Of a stretch of DNA of 64,000 nt, positions 33,850-49,187 are shown one piece after another. Source of the stretch: Eledone cirrhosa. Lineage: Eukaryota. Made by a program: the position numbers and the translations under genes. The DNA is taken from assembly GCA_964016885.1 (NCBI GenBank), contig OZ024742.1:268212001-268276000 (forward strand), read 5' to 3'. A model generated the notes under the pieces. The model did not search any database, was not told where the DNA came from, and was given only the letters and a program-made list of their open reading frames with translations. Positions within the stretch are counted from its first letter, which is position 1. Each line of letters opens with the position of its first letter.

Positions 33850-35310
33850 GCTTCGTGAGATCCAGGTCATAACAACTGGGTGTCCTTCTGCTGACATTAA
33901 TTCTTTCGGATATCAGAAACTTGTGTATTAAAACCGCGTGGAGATTTTGTTCACAGGATCAAGCTGAAAGTCGTGCCTTTGGCTCTGCCTCCAAACTAAT
34001 CTTCCAACGCTTTATTGATTTTGGAAGAAGCAGCGATGGTATTCAAGGAAGCTGTGAATCTTCAAAGATATCGCCGGCATCACCGCTAACACGAAAAAAA
34101 CACACGACTCACTCACAGTTACTTTATTTTTAGTGTGTTAAAATATAAACGCTATGCGTCTCTCGTGGTATAGAATACATTTTTGTTCCTCCTTACCACA
34201 TCCAGCTGGAACTCCTTTTCGCTACCTCTGAAATTTCCTTTCGGGTTTTCGTTCTTCTCTTACCAGAGACAGAAAGTTTTTTCGTGAGACCGTAGCCACA
34301 TTTGCCCACAAAACCTCTGATTCCAACTTCTTTGGCGAAAACATTGACTCGAAAGTCGGCTCCCTCATGTGGTTGTTGGCTAAACTGGCGTATATTTCTG
34401 TCTTGAATACGTGTGCTTCTTCTAATCAACTGTTAAATTCAATCAGCTGTTTTCATAAACTGGAATTGAGTACTATATCCGGCCTCGAACCACTCTTTAT
34501 GATGATTTATGGTTGTTTTGCTGATTCTGGGAGGTCTGCTATACACCCCCAATCGTTCGAACCACTCAGAAGACTCAAACTAATTTGCTGCCTCCTGCCA
34601 TCTAGAATGTTTGTGTTTCTCGTATAACGAGTTTTACTTTTGCCGTAATTAGCACGTATACAATTTCCTTCAACACTTGATTGTATCTCCACGTGTATGT
34701 CTAACCTGGGTTATTGCTATTCCGCACGAGCTCTGACTGTGTTCTACTGTCTATCTATAATAACTTCGTATCGAGGGCAGGGGATCATAGATATATCGGA
34801 GCAGAAAATTGACTCTGAGAGGGGCCATATGCCCTAAGTCATTCGAACTAAGACACCTATTGAGTGTTCTTTCTCACATCATCTATTGTCTCTGTTGGAG
34901 CTGTTGAACTGCCCACAGGAGTCTTCTGAAATCCTCTTCCCTCTAGGACGTCTAAAATCACCTCATCTTTTCTCTGGCCTGTGATCAGCATTCCAATTTT
35001 GGTACGCCAAATCCTTGCCTATTGGCGTGAGTTAGTCTCATTATATCTCTGATCAAATGGCTTTTTTTGCAGCCTCCACCGCCTCCTGGATCTTTCATTT
35101 TCTGCCTATCTTCAGCTTGGGACGGTTCGACGTCATGACTCTGTCTTCCGCATTAGCAAGCATAGTCAAAAGACTTGCTTTACTGGCGTTGTGCTCCTCA
35201 ACGATGGATTTTAGGGTTAGCATCAACTTTACCTGGCGACAGTAGTGTGCAACATCAGTGTGACCTGGTGGGACACCAAGCCACTTCCTTGTGTATATCT
35301 AGCTTGTTTG
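33850..35310 (-). mobile_element. Degenerate Hero/NeSL-like REL non-LTR retrotransposon remnant
   Basis: Minus-strand peptides IYDPLPS, DWGCIADL, RPDIVL, EVGIRGFVGK, EVAKRSSSWMW resemble REL C-termini; clade call from memory of motifs. Confidence 0.62.
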
Positions 35311-35599
35311 AATGCTCAAATAAATCCATTAGAATGAAGCCTTCTACAAAAACAAGAACTCCCATCCTTTTCACTCAATACAATTATTACTTCCGTAGTA
35401 TATGCAGGTCTAACAGCGTTAATGATTCTATCGCAGACAGATAAATACCAGTCTATATACGATGTGGTATGAAAAGGTTTTTATGACTAGATCTGTAGCG
35501 CACCAACATATAACAGTAGAGGGTTGCGAGCGCAATGATAGTTAGCTGTAACTGTCCTAAGCCAGTGTATAAAGGGAGATGATTGTGTTTATACCATGA

Positions 35600-36298
35600 G
35601 GTACATTGGTGCTTTCTTTTTATGTCCGTGGGCATCATGCACATCAAGTTTGAACAAAAGGCCAACGTGAACATTTGCGTTAAACGTGGGAAATCGGCCA
35701 CAGAGCTATTGAACCTGCTTCAGAGACAAAGCAGCAGTAAACGCAATAGAAGAGACCTTCATCACCACGACCAAAGAAGGTGGGACAGAATAGGAATCTA
35801 CTCAGGAGCATACTCATCACCGTTTTCCTCATAGTTCATCGAGAATACTACTCACAGGGCTAGACTATCACAAAACGTTTTACTGCGATGTTCTGAGGTG
35901 TTTCAAGGAGACCATACGGTGAAAGCGACCGGATCTGTGACGCGCAAAATATTGGATTCTCCATGACCACCATGCACGTTGTCGTCGAGCACTCATCGTT
36001 TGTGAGTTTTTCGCCAAGTACGATACGCCATCACCTCCGCACCTGCCCTACTCGTAAAATTTAATTCCTGTGGAAGTCTTCATTTTCTCGAATATGAAAG
36101 TCAAGCTGAAAAGTCACCCTTTCAGCTTAGGTAGGTTAATATCTTGGCCGCATTCGAGAAGTGGAAGAAATGCAGGGATCGGTGCATTGTTGCGCAATGA
36201 GACTTTTTCGAAGGAGTTGGTTATTAAAATTATCTAGATAAGGTCCTTTTTTAAATAAAGTGCTGGTCCAGAATCTTTTTGACTTACCCTCTTCGTAT
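35600..36298 (+). mobile_element. Internally deleted mariner (Tc1/mariner) transposase remnant
   Basis: EQKANVNICVKRGKSATE (N-terminal HTH), KRPDL..WILHD, PHLPYS..L.P, FEKWKKCRDRCIVAQ.DFFEG; mariner-like terminus CTTTTTGACTTACCCTCTTCGTA. Confidence 0.78.
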
Positions 36299-37028
36299 AT
36301 ATGTACATACGTATGTGTGTGTGCGTGTGTGTCAGCGTATTTGATTGTGTATGTGTTGTGTTTGGATTGATAGATGAGGCTTGCACAACCAATTGCACGA
36401 ATAATGGTGACTGAAATGCACTTGTTCTCAGGTGCCACCCAATACACAATTGAAGCTGTTAGCATCTAATTGTACAGGGTAAGGTCAAACCACAGTTATG
36501 GCTTGCATGGCAGTCTACAGCTTGAGAATGAAGCGCAATATCTGGTAGAGAATATGGTAGAAAAATAACAGGATTGACTGCACAGACAAACATACCAACA
36601 CATTGATGGAAACACAACCACACACACGCATGCAAACACACATATGTCCATGCAAAATATACAGGTATTCTCCCTTTAAAATCCTCTCCATTTTCTAAGA
36701 TACGAACTGACTAGCCTTTTCCCAGAGTGGTTTTTACGGGCTTTTACTCCAGAATTGCTTTTCGATTCTTCTCATTTTCAATCTTCCTATTTCCACTTTC
36801 ATTTCTCCTTTTCTCTACAGATGAAGGACTAATGCCCGAAATGTTAAGACGATTTTCCCCATATATCAAGTGTTACACTGATACATTTCATTGTACTCTA
36901 TAATCTGCTCTCTTTCAATTAAGTTGCCGCATCCATACACTCACACACGCACACACACTCACACACACACACACACACAAACAAACACACACACACGCGC
37001 GCACACACACGCATACACGCGCACACAT

Positions 37029-37132
<104 letters not shown>

Positions 37133-37231
37133 TGTACATATATTATACTAGAAGAGTCACCCGGCTGAAATTGTTCCTTATATATTGGTAGAAAAAAGCA
37201 AAATCTGTCGTATAGAGATTTATTATTATAA

Positions 37232-37397
37232 AGTGATTGGCAGTATCGGTAGAGAGTCGGACGCCATGCTTTCCAGCATAGTTACGCCTCTTTACGGTTT
37301 CAGTTCAAATCCACCGAGGTTCACTTTGCCTTTCATCCTTCCGGGGTCAATAAAATAAAGTACCAGTAATGTACTGGTGAATTGCTGACCTTGTGCC
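37232..37397 (+). mobile_element. SINE
   Basis: A-box, B-box, central domain and tail as in other copies. Confidence 0.88.
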
Positions 37398-37499
37398 AAA
37401 AAGATAGACAATTATTATAAATTCAATTTATTCCGCATTTGTGATGCATGATGAAATCAATTGTGAATTCAAAGTACAAAAATAAATAAATAGTAATAA

Positions 37500-37892
37500 T
37501 AATTGTTTCTACTTTAGGCACAAGGCCAGCAATTACCCAGTGCATTACTGGTACTTTATTTTATCGACCCCGTAAGGATGAAAGGCAAAGTCAACTTCGG
37601 CGGAATTTGAACTCAGATCGTAAAGGGACGTAACTATGCTGGAAAGCATGGCGTCCGACCCTCTACCGATAGTGCCAATACACCGCCCTATAAATAGTAA
37701 TAATAATTATTTCTACTTTTGGCACAAGGCCAGCAATTATCCCAGTGCATTACTGGTACTTTATTTTATCGACCCCGTAAGGATGAAAGGCAAAGTTAAC
37801 CCTGGCGGGATTTGAAATCAGACCATAAAGGGCCGTAAAAATCTGCTGCAAAGCATGGCGTCCGACCCTCTACCGATACTACCAATCCACCA
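37500..37892 (-). mobile_element. Two tandem SINE copies (about 37500-37688 and 37706-37892)
   Basis: Both complete; TAAATAGTAATAATAATT precedes each copy. Confidence 0.9.
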
Positions 37893-39400
37893 ATAAACGA
37901 AAATACATTATTTACCACTTTTAAGAAGGGAAATAAATTCTATTACATAGTTTGAAAGAAATTCGATAAGAACTTCTGGGCAAACAACATTCTTTGTCTT
38001 CTGGTTTGGAGCATAGACAAATAAGTCTTGTAAACCTGGAGCAACCAATATAAAATTCACCATGCGAAAAGTAAAGCTCAATTAAATGCAAGCCAGTAGA
38101 TTTCAACGTCTGACCGTGAGCTTTATTAATAGACATTGAGAAGCAAAGTCGCACTGGGAATTGTGTTCGTCTGCTCGTTTGATTGGAATTCTTGGAATGA
38201 AAACATCTCCCCGAGAGGCACACCCAGTGATGATGGTATCTTCTATCACATTAGGGGATAATGTCTTCACAATCAACCTTGTCCCGTTGCATAATTTTTG
38301 AGGATCTAAATTTCTTAGAAGCATTATTGGGACTGACTCCTACCTTCAGAAAAAGTTCATGTGGAAAAGGTCCAGGTGGCTTCAATGTATCTGAGAGTGT
38401 ACCAAACGTCCGCCACCAGAATACAAAATTCGTGGATTTTCTTACCCATTTCTTTCCTTTACAAAAACTGCACTCATTTGACATTGCTCCAATATCAATC
38501 GATTTCTCTGTAGAATAATCATGTTTTGGATCATAGTTAAAAGCTGATATTTTCCAAGTCCACTTGAAAGGTGCAACTCTTTTGTCAAACGCATTCAGCC
38601 TGTCTCTCCTCTGGGTGTCGGCGAAGTCTTACAGCAAATGTTTGCTCCTGGTTTTTTCTTCGTCTAATCCCTTGCTGACCTATAGTCTAATTGGCAAATC
38701 TGGCATCTTGTCTTTGTCTTGCATCCTTTAAACATTTTTCTCTTTCCTTTCTTGACTCTTTGCTCCTGTGGATTGCATTTTGTTGACATAATTGTTCTAA
38801 TCGTCTTTCCCTTCCTTCTTGTAACTCATTGGCCCTGCGTGCAGCAGCTCTCCTCCGGTCGTTTCCATGTCTCTGCTGTCATTGTACAGGAGTCTCTAGT
38901 GACGTTGCTCTGGCTACCTCTAATCGTCTTTGCTTTACCGTAGAATACTAATCATCTACATCCACCCCGTCTTCTCTTGTAGAGAGTGAGAACATTTGTC
39001 TTGGAAACTTTTCTGAAAATTAAAATTAATATTTAAAAAAATAACAAACCACTTAACACATGTGCAAAGTTCTCCTCGCGATGTTCTCAGGTTTCTAAAT
39101 ATCTTTAAAGAATTGGCTTCCTTAATTTGATTCATATCTTTCATCATCTACCGGTGTTTTACTAGTTCCCTCAAAATTATTAACAAATTTAATGTTGGCT
39201 GGCGTCTTTCGCTCACATTGACTCCCAAACAACTCAGATAATCTTCCCTTGATTTGAGGCACTTCTTTTTCTGTTCTGTATATTGCATTTTGAGTAAACA
39301 ATTTCCAGTTCAATTTCATCGGCACAGCTTGAACAATTTTGTCCCAAGTCTAACTAAATCTTCGCACTTAGTATGATACCATTGTAGGACCTTGCGTTAA

Positions 39401-39471
<71 letters not shown>

Positions 39472-39679
39472 AAGTTATATATTGAGTTAGAAATTTAAAA
39501 TACTCTCTGACAATAAAATAGCTCTAGGAAAGAGATTTTTCCGAGCCGTATATATTAATCTGGTCCCTTACGATTTGAACACATATATGTATATATCTGT
39601 GTTGGTATTTCTTTTATATTCAATTATATTCAATTTATATTCAATTATAATATATATCTATATATATATAATAAGGGTT

Positions 39680-39763
<84 letters not shown>

Positions 39764-40686
39764 CGGGATAACGTAGAATTCACCATGTCGTGGTCCAAGC
39801 TATCATCGGCTCAACCCCATAGGGAGGGTTGACATGACTCGTGCTATTTATGTGTCACCGAGATTATGGAAATAATCAAGAGGGGAGCTCGAGTATCAAT
39901 AAAGAACTAACCTCTTCAGCACCTGCCTCCACATATCTTCTGGAACCTTCTTCAGACTGTACGGACTAGCAACGTAGTAGTGCTAGTTGAATACTTTTGC
40001 GATCTTGACATGGAATCCGGACATAGCCTCGCGGCAACCCCAGCGTCAGGCAAGCCTTGGATATCTCGTTTGCACACATGCAGTCTCTATGTGTACTTGT
40101 TTTCTTGTCCGTATTCCTCTGTTTATATACCTACTGCTGTTTTTTTATGTATTCTGTCCCGTTCCTTTATTATTGTGTTCTCTATGTGAGTTCTCGTTTC
40201 TTCTATTTGTTCCTGTTCCTACCTTCGCTTCCCGTAACTCTCTTCCATGGCCTAACAGCCCTTTTGATAGTATTGTTGCCACTGTGGTTGGGACTGAATG
40301 CTATGATCATTGATGGCCCTGTGCCTTCCAGTGTTAGAGGAGGAATGTACTAACTGGGAATGTTTTTTTAATATGTATATAAATACCCATCTATATTTTC
40401 TATCCCATTTTGACATCCTTGTTTCAACGGACTACTATTGTGGTTAGTTTAATTTTCATAGAAGCGTGGCTTTTTTCCTGTTGCCGACGTACGCCGTGGT
40501 GGGGGTCATCGCTGGTCTTGTTGTTGTTATTGGTGTTACCAATGGCTTAATACTGATATAGTGGATACCACCACTACTGCGACGAACTGGATGGGTGTTG
40601 TGCGGTGTTGGTGTTAGTTGTCGCTGCCATTGCTGTTGTTATTGTTTATTGTCATGGTGACTGATACCAACAAGTCTGAGTACCCT

Positions 40687-40731
40687 AACTCTGTGTACCT
40701 CAACTCTGTGTACCCCAACTCTGTGTACCTC
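40687..40731. repeat. 15-bp tandem repeat x3 (AACTCTGTGTACCYY) in a (GTT)-rich degenerate region
   Basis: Directly visible. Confidence 0.75.
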
Positions 40732-41740
40732 TAAACTCCTTTTTATTACTTTGGTGTTATCGCTGTTTACGGTCAACAAGGTGGTACCGTCACTGCGACG
40801 ACTACGACCTGCATACACGACGTTGATCTGCATTTTTGCTGTTGTTGTCGTTTGTTGCTGTTGTCGTTGTAAGTGTTTTTACTGTAGCTGTTGTTTTAGT
40901 TGTTGTTGTCAATAGGGTGATGGTATCAGCACGACTATTGCGACCAGTGTGGATAACTTTGGTCGGCGGTTTCATGTTATTGTCATTGTTGTTGTTGTAG
41001 TTGACGTTGTCGTTGTTGTTGTTGTCTATAGGTGGTCGTCAACTAAATGTATACCCCACCCACCTCAGAGCTCCTTGTGTTCCTTCAACTCTCTACTGGG
41101 TTTTGGTTACACACGGTTCTTCGTTCTTTTCGTCTTTTCTCGGTGATAGCTTTTTCTAACAAACGCGACGGCTGGCAAACCCTTCAAGGAACTCATATGT
41201 ATGCTGGGCGCAGAGGCATTAGGATGTGTGTTTTCCTGCCAGCGGCATATCAAATATATCGATCTTCATCTGAGCAAACCGTTCTCATAATCAACAGCAA
41301 ATGCATGAAGGACATCTCGATTGCATGGAGAACCGTGGAAATAATTATTATGGTATATGTAACCTCAGCATCTTATTTTATTATTGATATATATATATAT
41401 ATATATATATATCCATAGATATTCAAAATAAATAAGAATTTTCATAACCAAAATATATTTTATTAATCATATTTCAAGGGTACTGTGGTTTTTAAGACCG
41501 CCACCATCAGATAAAACAAGAGATTGGCTGATCGACATACCCTATGGACTTGAATCTTCAATACCTGTAGTGGTAATCAGAGCTGCAATTCTGTTTACAT
41601 GCCAACACAAGAGCAATAATAAAGGGTTCATTCTACTGACATGGCTTTAAAATTGAGGCGTGTTTGTATTATTTTAAACGAATCGAATGTTATTATTAAT
41701 ATTCGAAAAACTCAGATTACACTTATATATATATATATAT

Positions 41741-42762
<1,022 letters not shown>

Positions 42763-43081
42763 ATATATATATATATATAGACATATATCCGTGTGTGTAT
42801 GTATGTGCGTGTGTGCACCATATTACAAGAATATCATGAAAGCTACTAATGACGACTGGAAATCATCTTTCCTAATGATAGTCATTACTTCGGTCTGAAC
42901 GGCCATAGAACGAACAATTGAAAAATAAAATATAATCAAAATATATGCATGGCCTCAGCCGGATGGCTGGAACAGGTATAGGAGTAAAAGAGTAATATCG
43001 AAGTAGGTGTAAATATAAAGTATTATTCTTAATAGGCTTATACTTATAGACATGTGTTCATATATATATATTCGATAACAA

Positions 43082-43220
43082 TAATAATGGTTTCTGATTT
43101 AGTCACAATGCCATCACTTTTGGAGAAAGCAGAAAGTCGATTAAATCGTCACAAGTACGTGTGTGCTTTATTTCATCGCCTCCATAAGGGGGGAAAGCAA
43201 TGATAACCTCGTTGGGATTT
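43082..43220 (-). mobile_element. Degenerate SINE 3' half (long variant)
   Basis: AAGTCGATTAAATCG and CTCCATAAGGGGGGAAAGCAA resemble the 44465-44684 copy. Confidence 0.55.
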
Positions 43221-43342
43221 GTAACGAAAAATTCTTTATAACGACATTGATCTAACACATCGAGTGGATGGACGGGGACTGAAAAAGATTTCGTTATATT
43301 GAAAAATTCGTTATAATGGTATTCGTTATAACAGACTTTTAC

Positions 43343-43347
<5 letters not shown>
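43220..43347. mobile_element. Pogo/Tigger-like MITE end
   Basis: Minus strand TA-CAGGTAAAAGTCTGTTATAACGAA with repeated TATAACGAA subterminal motifs; partner TIR not found. Confidence 0.4.
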
Positions 43348-43398
<51 letters not shown>

Positions 43399-44231
43399 AG
43401 ACTGTGAGAATGTGACAAAATGTATGTATAGTTATTGTGATTATTGGCCTAATCAAACCTGCAGACGGTCAACGCTTTTGATACCTCTTAGGGTCTCAAA
43501 ATCTGAAGAGATATTTGACATAATATTTAGACAATATTATTCAAATGCGTTTTAGACAAGTGAAAATGATCACTTAAAAGTAGCAACATTCTTTTCGAAA
43601 TGGTACTAAGCAATGTCGTTATATGAAATTTCTTGGCCCAAGTTGAAGAAGCTTCCCCAGAATCTCAGATATTGTTTTCGCTAATTTTTACAAAATATTA
43701 CGAAACTACTTTGCAAGAACTGATGGATGTTGCATCTCTTTCAGAATTCCAGATCAATATTACAGTATGCGGATTTACATTTCTTTTACTTGAACTTAAT
43801 CTAATTACATATGCATAGAGAAAAGAGTATTGCTAATTAAGATTCTATACCTTTTAATTCCTTGTTTACGAAATATGCATCTATTTAATCATATTTTGTT
43901 GATTCATCCGTTACTTTTAATATTATTCCACAAACCTTTGCTTCCCTCGCATATTGCAAGAGGTTGTGTAGATTTAAGATCAGTTCTAAGGACATTATCG
44001 ATTTTAATTGAATGCCTCTCACATCAATCGCAAACATTTATTCAATGAATAGATAAAACAATTTTCTTCGCTATACTTTACTGACAAATCTGATTGTGGT
44101 GTAGTTTTTTAGATCTATCTAAACGATTCAGTCATATAATGTCATGTTGAATAGATATCTATCGATTGTTAACAAACATGTAATGCAGAAACATATGTAA
44201 ACACCTCCTCTGTATACATAATATATTCGTA

Positions 44232-44684
44232 AATAATGGTTTCTTATAAAGGCACAAGGCCAGCAATTTTGAGGGAGTGGAAAGTCGACTAAATCGATTC
44301 CAGTGCGTGACTGGCACTTTATTTTATCGACCCCATAAGGATGAAAGGCAAAGTTAACCTCGCCGGGATTTGAACTCAGATCATAAAGGGCCGTAACTTT
44401 ATGCTGCAAAGCATGGCGCCGACCCTCAACCGATTCTGCCAATCCACGGCCCTTATATTCGTAAATAATGGTTTCTTATATAAGCACAAGGCCAGCAACT
44501 TTGGAGGAGGGGAAAGTCGATTAAATCGACTCCAGTGCGTGAGTGGTACTTTATTTTATCGACTCCTGATGATGAAAGCGAAAATTAACCTCGGCGGAAT
44601 TTGAACTTACATCATAAAGGGTCGTAATTCTATGCTGCAAAGCATGGCTTCCGACCCTCAAACGATACTGCCAATCCAACGCCC
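44232..44684 (-). mobile_element. Two tandem SINE copies, long variant with about 35 extra nt before the tail
   Basis: About 44232-44451 and 44464-44684; TATATTCGTAAAT present three times (44222, 44454, 44686). Confidence 0.9.
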
Positions 44685-45349
44685 TTATATTCGTAAATTA
44701 TGAAAGATACTGATGAAATTAGTCAGCAGCCAAGTATGTTTTTAAATGTTCACGGTGATATGTCTTAGACAGCAGTGGTTTCTGAGCCGTACTAAAATTG
44801 AATTTCCCAATATGCTTAATATTCTACGTACGAACAGGCGTAAACACTACCTTCATGACACACATATTGGAAAAGAATGATGTACCGAATTCCGCCTTCG
44901 AATTTCAACAGTAACCGAGCATAGTCTTCAACTATCTGTGCTTACAAATCTAAGGCGTGCATAAGAGTATCAGAAAAATAAAAGAGACATGCGGAGAAAA
45001 TAAAAACCAGTTCTGACAACTTTTAAATATTATATGGTGTCATATTGACAACAATTATATTAATCATTTTCTTAGAATTTATAAAGAGACGTCAGAAAAC
45101 AATAGGGGATCTAATAATTGGAGAGACAGTACATTCTCAATGCTTTTCTATACAACCGTGGAATATCTGGAGCAACGTACATCATTTTGTAAATATCTAG
45201 AAGAGAAATTCGCTACATTGGAAAATATAATGTATGAAATATTTTTCTTTCAATATATCTTAAATACTAAAGTTACGTTATGTTCTAAAACGTTACATTT
45301 CGAAGGATATCCATTTGAATCCAAACTACAGTAGATACCTAAAACCTCG

Positions 45350-45790
45350 AGATCATAAAGCATGGCTTCGATGCTGCAGGCATCCCTTCCCGTTTAGAGC
45401 CGGCGGGACTGGACCAAGGGGAAGGCAAAATACCAGACAGCAGTGGTAAACCCCTCATATGGGATGCCACATGCAGCGACACTTACTCCAGTGGCAACCT
45501 GTTGCAGTCTGTGAAAATCCAGGCTCTGTTGCGCTTCCGTCCGAAGAGGGTAATATTTCCAAATATCTGTCGCTCAACGACAGGTTTGCGGTTGAGCCAG
45601 TAGCAGTAGAAACCTGTTGTGGTCTTGGCCCTAGGATCACCGCCTTAATCACCAACAACGGCAGCGCGTTAGCTACCCGCGGATGTGAGCCTCACGAGCT
45701 GGAATGACTCTTCCAACGCGTCTCCCTCACCATCCTCCAGAGAAATGACTTCTGCCGGGGCCGCGGGACGGCCAGCGCGTGGGCACCCAT
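45350..45790 (+). mobile_element. CRE-like REL non-LTR retrotransposon 3' remnant
   Basis: PLIWDATCSDT, KYLSL..FAVEPVAVETCCGLGP, LFQRVSLTILQRN resemble CRE-type endonuclease C-termini. Confidence 0.62.
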
Positions 45791-47836
45791 TTGCTTATAA
45801 TAGTGAGAGATGGGGAGAATGAGAGAGACGGAGGCAGTAACTATACAAGCATTTCTGATTTTTTGGTACAGTTAAAGGTTATGTGGTTTTACAATGAAAT
45901 ACTATTTATGATTTTAATGGGGCCTTCTTATATTCTATAGTAAAATAAATATCAATCATTTTTTCCCTCGCTTCATCCAAATTCCTTGCTTCTTTATGCA
46001 TCCATTTAAAAAATAGATTATTTTGTGTAAAACAGAAAATACCTTCATATACAGCAATATAATAATCGAATTGGCTGTATTATGAATGAGTGACCGTAAA
46101 CCTAGGATCAATCACGTTCATCTGGAAGGTTTTACAGAGGTTCTCAAAACATTCGATGCATGTTGCTAAACCAACAGAATTCTACTTTTCATGAGAAATT
46201 ATAGAAAACATTCATGTTGTGGAGTACACACATACGTTTGATCACAAAAGTACTGGAGAAATGTTTTTATTGAAATTTTTCCTAAATGAAAATAACATAC
46301 CTAGAATAGGAATATAAGACAAAATATACATGTTTACTTGCAGATATAATTATGTCTTTAACAATGAAATATTATAGGCGACTGAATCGGAATCTAAAAC
46401 ATCAATATTCTGATTGTAACTTTATAATTGTAACTGTTTTTTATTTAGCAAAGATGGCCGAAGAGGTGACCAGGACCATTTCAGGAATAACAGGGGATCT
46501 AAAGGAGGAATCGCCAGCCTGGCGATCTAGTGGCTGCAAAGTAGTTGGCTCTGTCAATAGTACCCGAAATCAGGCGACCGATTATGTTTACCACACATCT
46601 AGGCCACTAAGTTATTTCAAATCGAAGTGCCGGAATGCACTTAGTACAACATCTAAAACTGTTATTGACAGCTTATGAATTACCTTGTCATGCTTTGAAG
46701 TCAGGATTCAGAAATATAGTGTGCAAACATAATGTATTTTGTCTTATTCTTTCACCATTCATCTCGGTCAAATATAGCCGTTGTCTCAAAATTTATCATT
46801 GAAAAGTATTTAACCACGTTCTTTTTTCTTTTGTTGTTACAAAACTCAAATGTAAAATAAACTTAAATGATGTAAGGAACAATACGTCCCATGTTATGAG
46901 TTCATATGTATGGACGTTTAATAAATGTAGTAATAATAATATTATATGTAATTTTGAACTGACTCGATACATTTCTTTCTCAATAGAAGTAAATGTTTTG
47001 TTCCGTTGTGAAGGGCTTCGTAAATATGAGGTCTATGTAATTTAATTAAGCAAAAGGTAGATCTGAGTAGAGTTCCATAACTATGAGATTGAAACGAGAC
47101 ATACAGCACTAAGTATAAAAAAAACACGTTATAGAAAAAGATGTGAATGACAAATATATAATTTACAGACAATGTCATCTTACGGCTCTTATGTAAAGGA
47201 CACTATTTATACTTTAGAATGTAAACGAACTCTGAAAAACAATAATGTTTATACATCGGTAATCCACGTGTTTCCTATATATGAGGTTGGAAGGAATACA
47301 TTTGACATAATAAAAATTGCATGTACGTTAAAATATATCACTGCCCGAACTTCCATATATAAAATAGATAATTTTTTGAGTTATAATCAATATTCATAGC
47401 TTTATTGCTGTAACCGAAGTAATGAAGTAGCATATATTGATACATCGATAGAAGGCTATCTCGCAATGATCAACATATTTCATAGGGAAAATACATGAGT
47501 ATCACAAGAGAAACAATAAAAAAAAGCATTGAAGATTATGCACCTGATTCTGTTCAACCTTCACCATTACGGTAACTCTAAATCTCATGACATACGTTCT
47601 TGTTCATGAAGGCTGTTGTGAAGTAGCGAAATATACGATAGATTAGTAGTGTGACACATCAGGGAAATATATCTTGTAAATGCCGTATAAGGTTAGCTGA
47701 AGTTAATAAATTCGATAACCCCTGCTGTTTATGAAACCGAACGATATTATAAGCGACAAATGTGTGTATATCTCACATATTGAACTAATATTGAATTCTG
47801 GTTCAATTGTTCGAGAAACGATGACTATCAATAGTG

Positions 47837-47921
<85 letters not shown>

Positions 47922-48063
47922 ATACTTTGGGAGGGTCATGTTGCCAATAAGAAACACACGCACCAGTTGCTTTCACTTCAATTTATTATATATTTATAAA
48001 TTTACAAATTTATAAATTTCTGGTTGGTTGGTTGGTTCCACAACCAGATAGTTGTTTATATAT

Positions 48064-48108
48064 AGTCATAGTTCTTTCGTCACACACTCTGTGACCTCTT
48101 CAGTGACT
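48064..48108 (-). ncRNA. Minimal type I hammerhead motif (left arm)
   Basis: Reverse complement identical to 48939-48983. Confidence 0.75.
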
Positions 48109-48938
48109 GGGGATTCCTTTCTTTGTTTCTGTGACTCTCCTTTGTTCTGTCCTACGCCATTTTGTTTCTGTGTGTGTGTTGTGTGCTCAGTCTGCGCATG
48201 CGCCACATCCGGGTGTCTGTGTGTGTTTATGTTCATTTATCTATTTGTTTATTTACATGTTACTGGTTGGTTGTTTGTTCTATGTGTGTGTGTGTTTTCA
48301 TTTTGTCCTTAATTGTAAGTTGTGATGTTGCTGTTCCACTCATATTTTCTATTTAATTTTGGTTGTAATTCTTTTATGTTTATTGCCTCTGTAATTTGTC
48401 TAAACATTGCGTCTTTTCTGTGTGTAGATTCTATTTTTATTTCTATGTTCTCTAATTTACCCTTGTGTTCTATCTTAGCATTTGGTAGAGTACATATGAT
48501 TCTTTATTATCTTGAACACTGGCGAGACCTTCAAGATAATAAAGAATCATCTGTACTCTACTAACATGCTAAGATGGAACACAAGGGTAAATTAGAGAAC
48601 ATAAAAATATAAATAGAATCTACACAAAGAAAAGACGCAATGTTTAGACAAATTACAGAGGCAATAAACATAAAAGAATTACAACCAAAATTAAATAGAA
48701 AATATGAGTGGAACAGCAACATCAGAACTTACAATTAAGGACAAAATGAAAACACACACACACATAGAACAAACAACCAACCAGTAACATGTAAATAAAC
48801 AAATAGATAAATGAACATAAACACACACAGACACCCGGATGTGGCGCATGCGCAGACTGAGCACACAGCACACACACAGAAACAAAATGGCGTAGGACAG
48901 AACAAAGGAGAGGCACAGAAACAAAGAAAGGAATCCCC

Positions 48939-48983
48939 AGTCACTGAAGAGGTCACAGAGTGTGTGACGAAAGAACTATGACT
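48939..48983 (+). ncRNA. Minimal type I hammerhead motif (right arm)
   Basis: AGUCA-CUGAAGA-g-GUCACA-gagug-UGUGAC-GAAA-GAAC-UA-UGACU: 5-bp stem I, 6-bp stem II, intact core, very short stem III. Confidence 0.75.
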
Positions 48984-49187
48984 ATATATAAACAACTATC
49001 TGGTTGTGGAACCAACCAACCAACCAGAAATTTATAAATTTGTAAATTTATAAATATATAATAAATTGAAGTGAAAGCAACTGGTGCGTGTGTTTCTTAT
49101 TGGCAACATGACCCTCCCAAAGTATAACAATATCGGTTTGAACACACGATTTCAGATAAAGAATCTTGCTAAACAAATTCAGAAACG

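Larger units (their letters stand above)
37148..39390 (-). mobile_element. Internally deleted Helitron (Pif1-like helicase C-terminus)
   Basis: MLLRNLDPQKLCNGTRL..VFIPRIP and QFPVRLCFSMSINKAHGQTL..FSHGEFYIGCSR (37921-38324); 3' terminus CCGGGTGACTCTT-CTAG|T at 37148; 5' boundary uncertain. Confidence 0.8.

Noticed and set aside
39770-41340. LTR or LINE ORF1 remnant with (GTT)-rich tract
   Set aside because: Looks repeat-derived, but no diagnostic termini or protein motif was found.
43400-47200. Possible decayed host gene or exon (e.g. MAEEVTRTISG at 46454)
   Set aside because: No recognisable domain or consistent splice structure; needs BLASTX.
48052-48995. Mirror-image ORF pairs of 86/64/77 aa (and the pair at 49262/49443)
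   Set aside because: Result of the palindromes; low-complexity peptides without domains.
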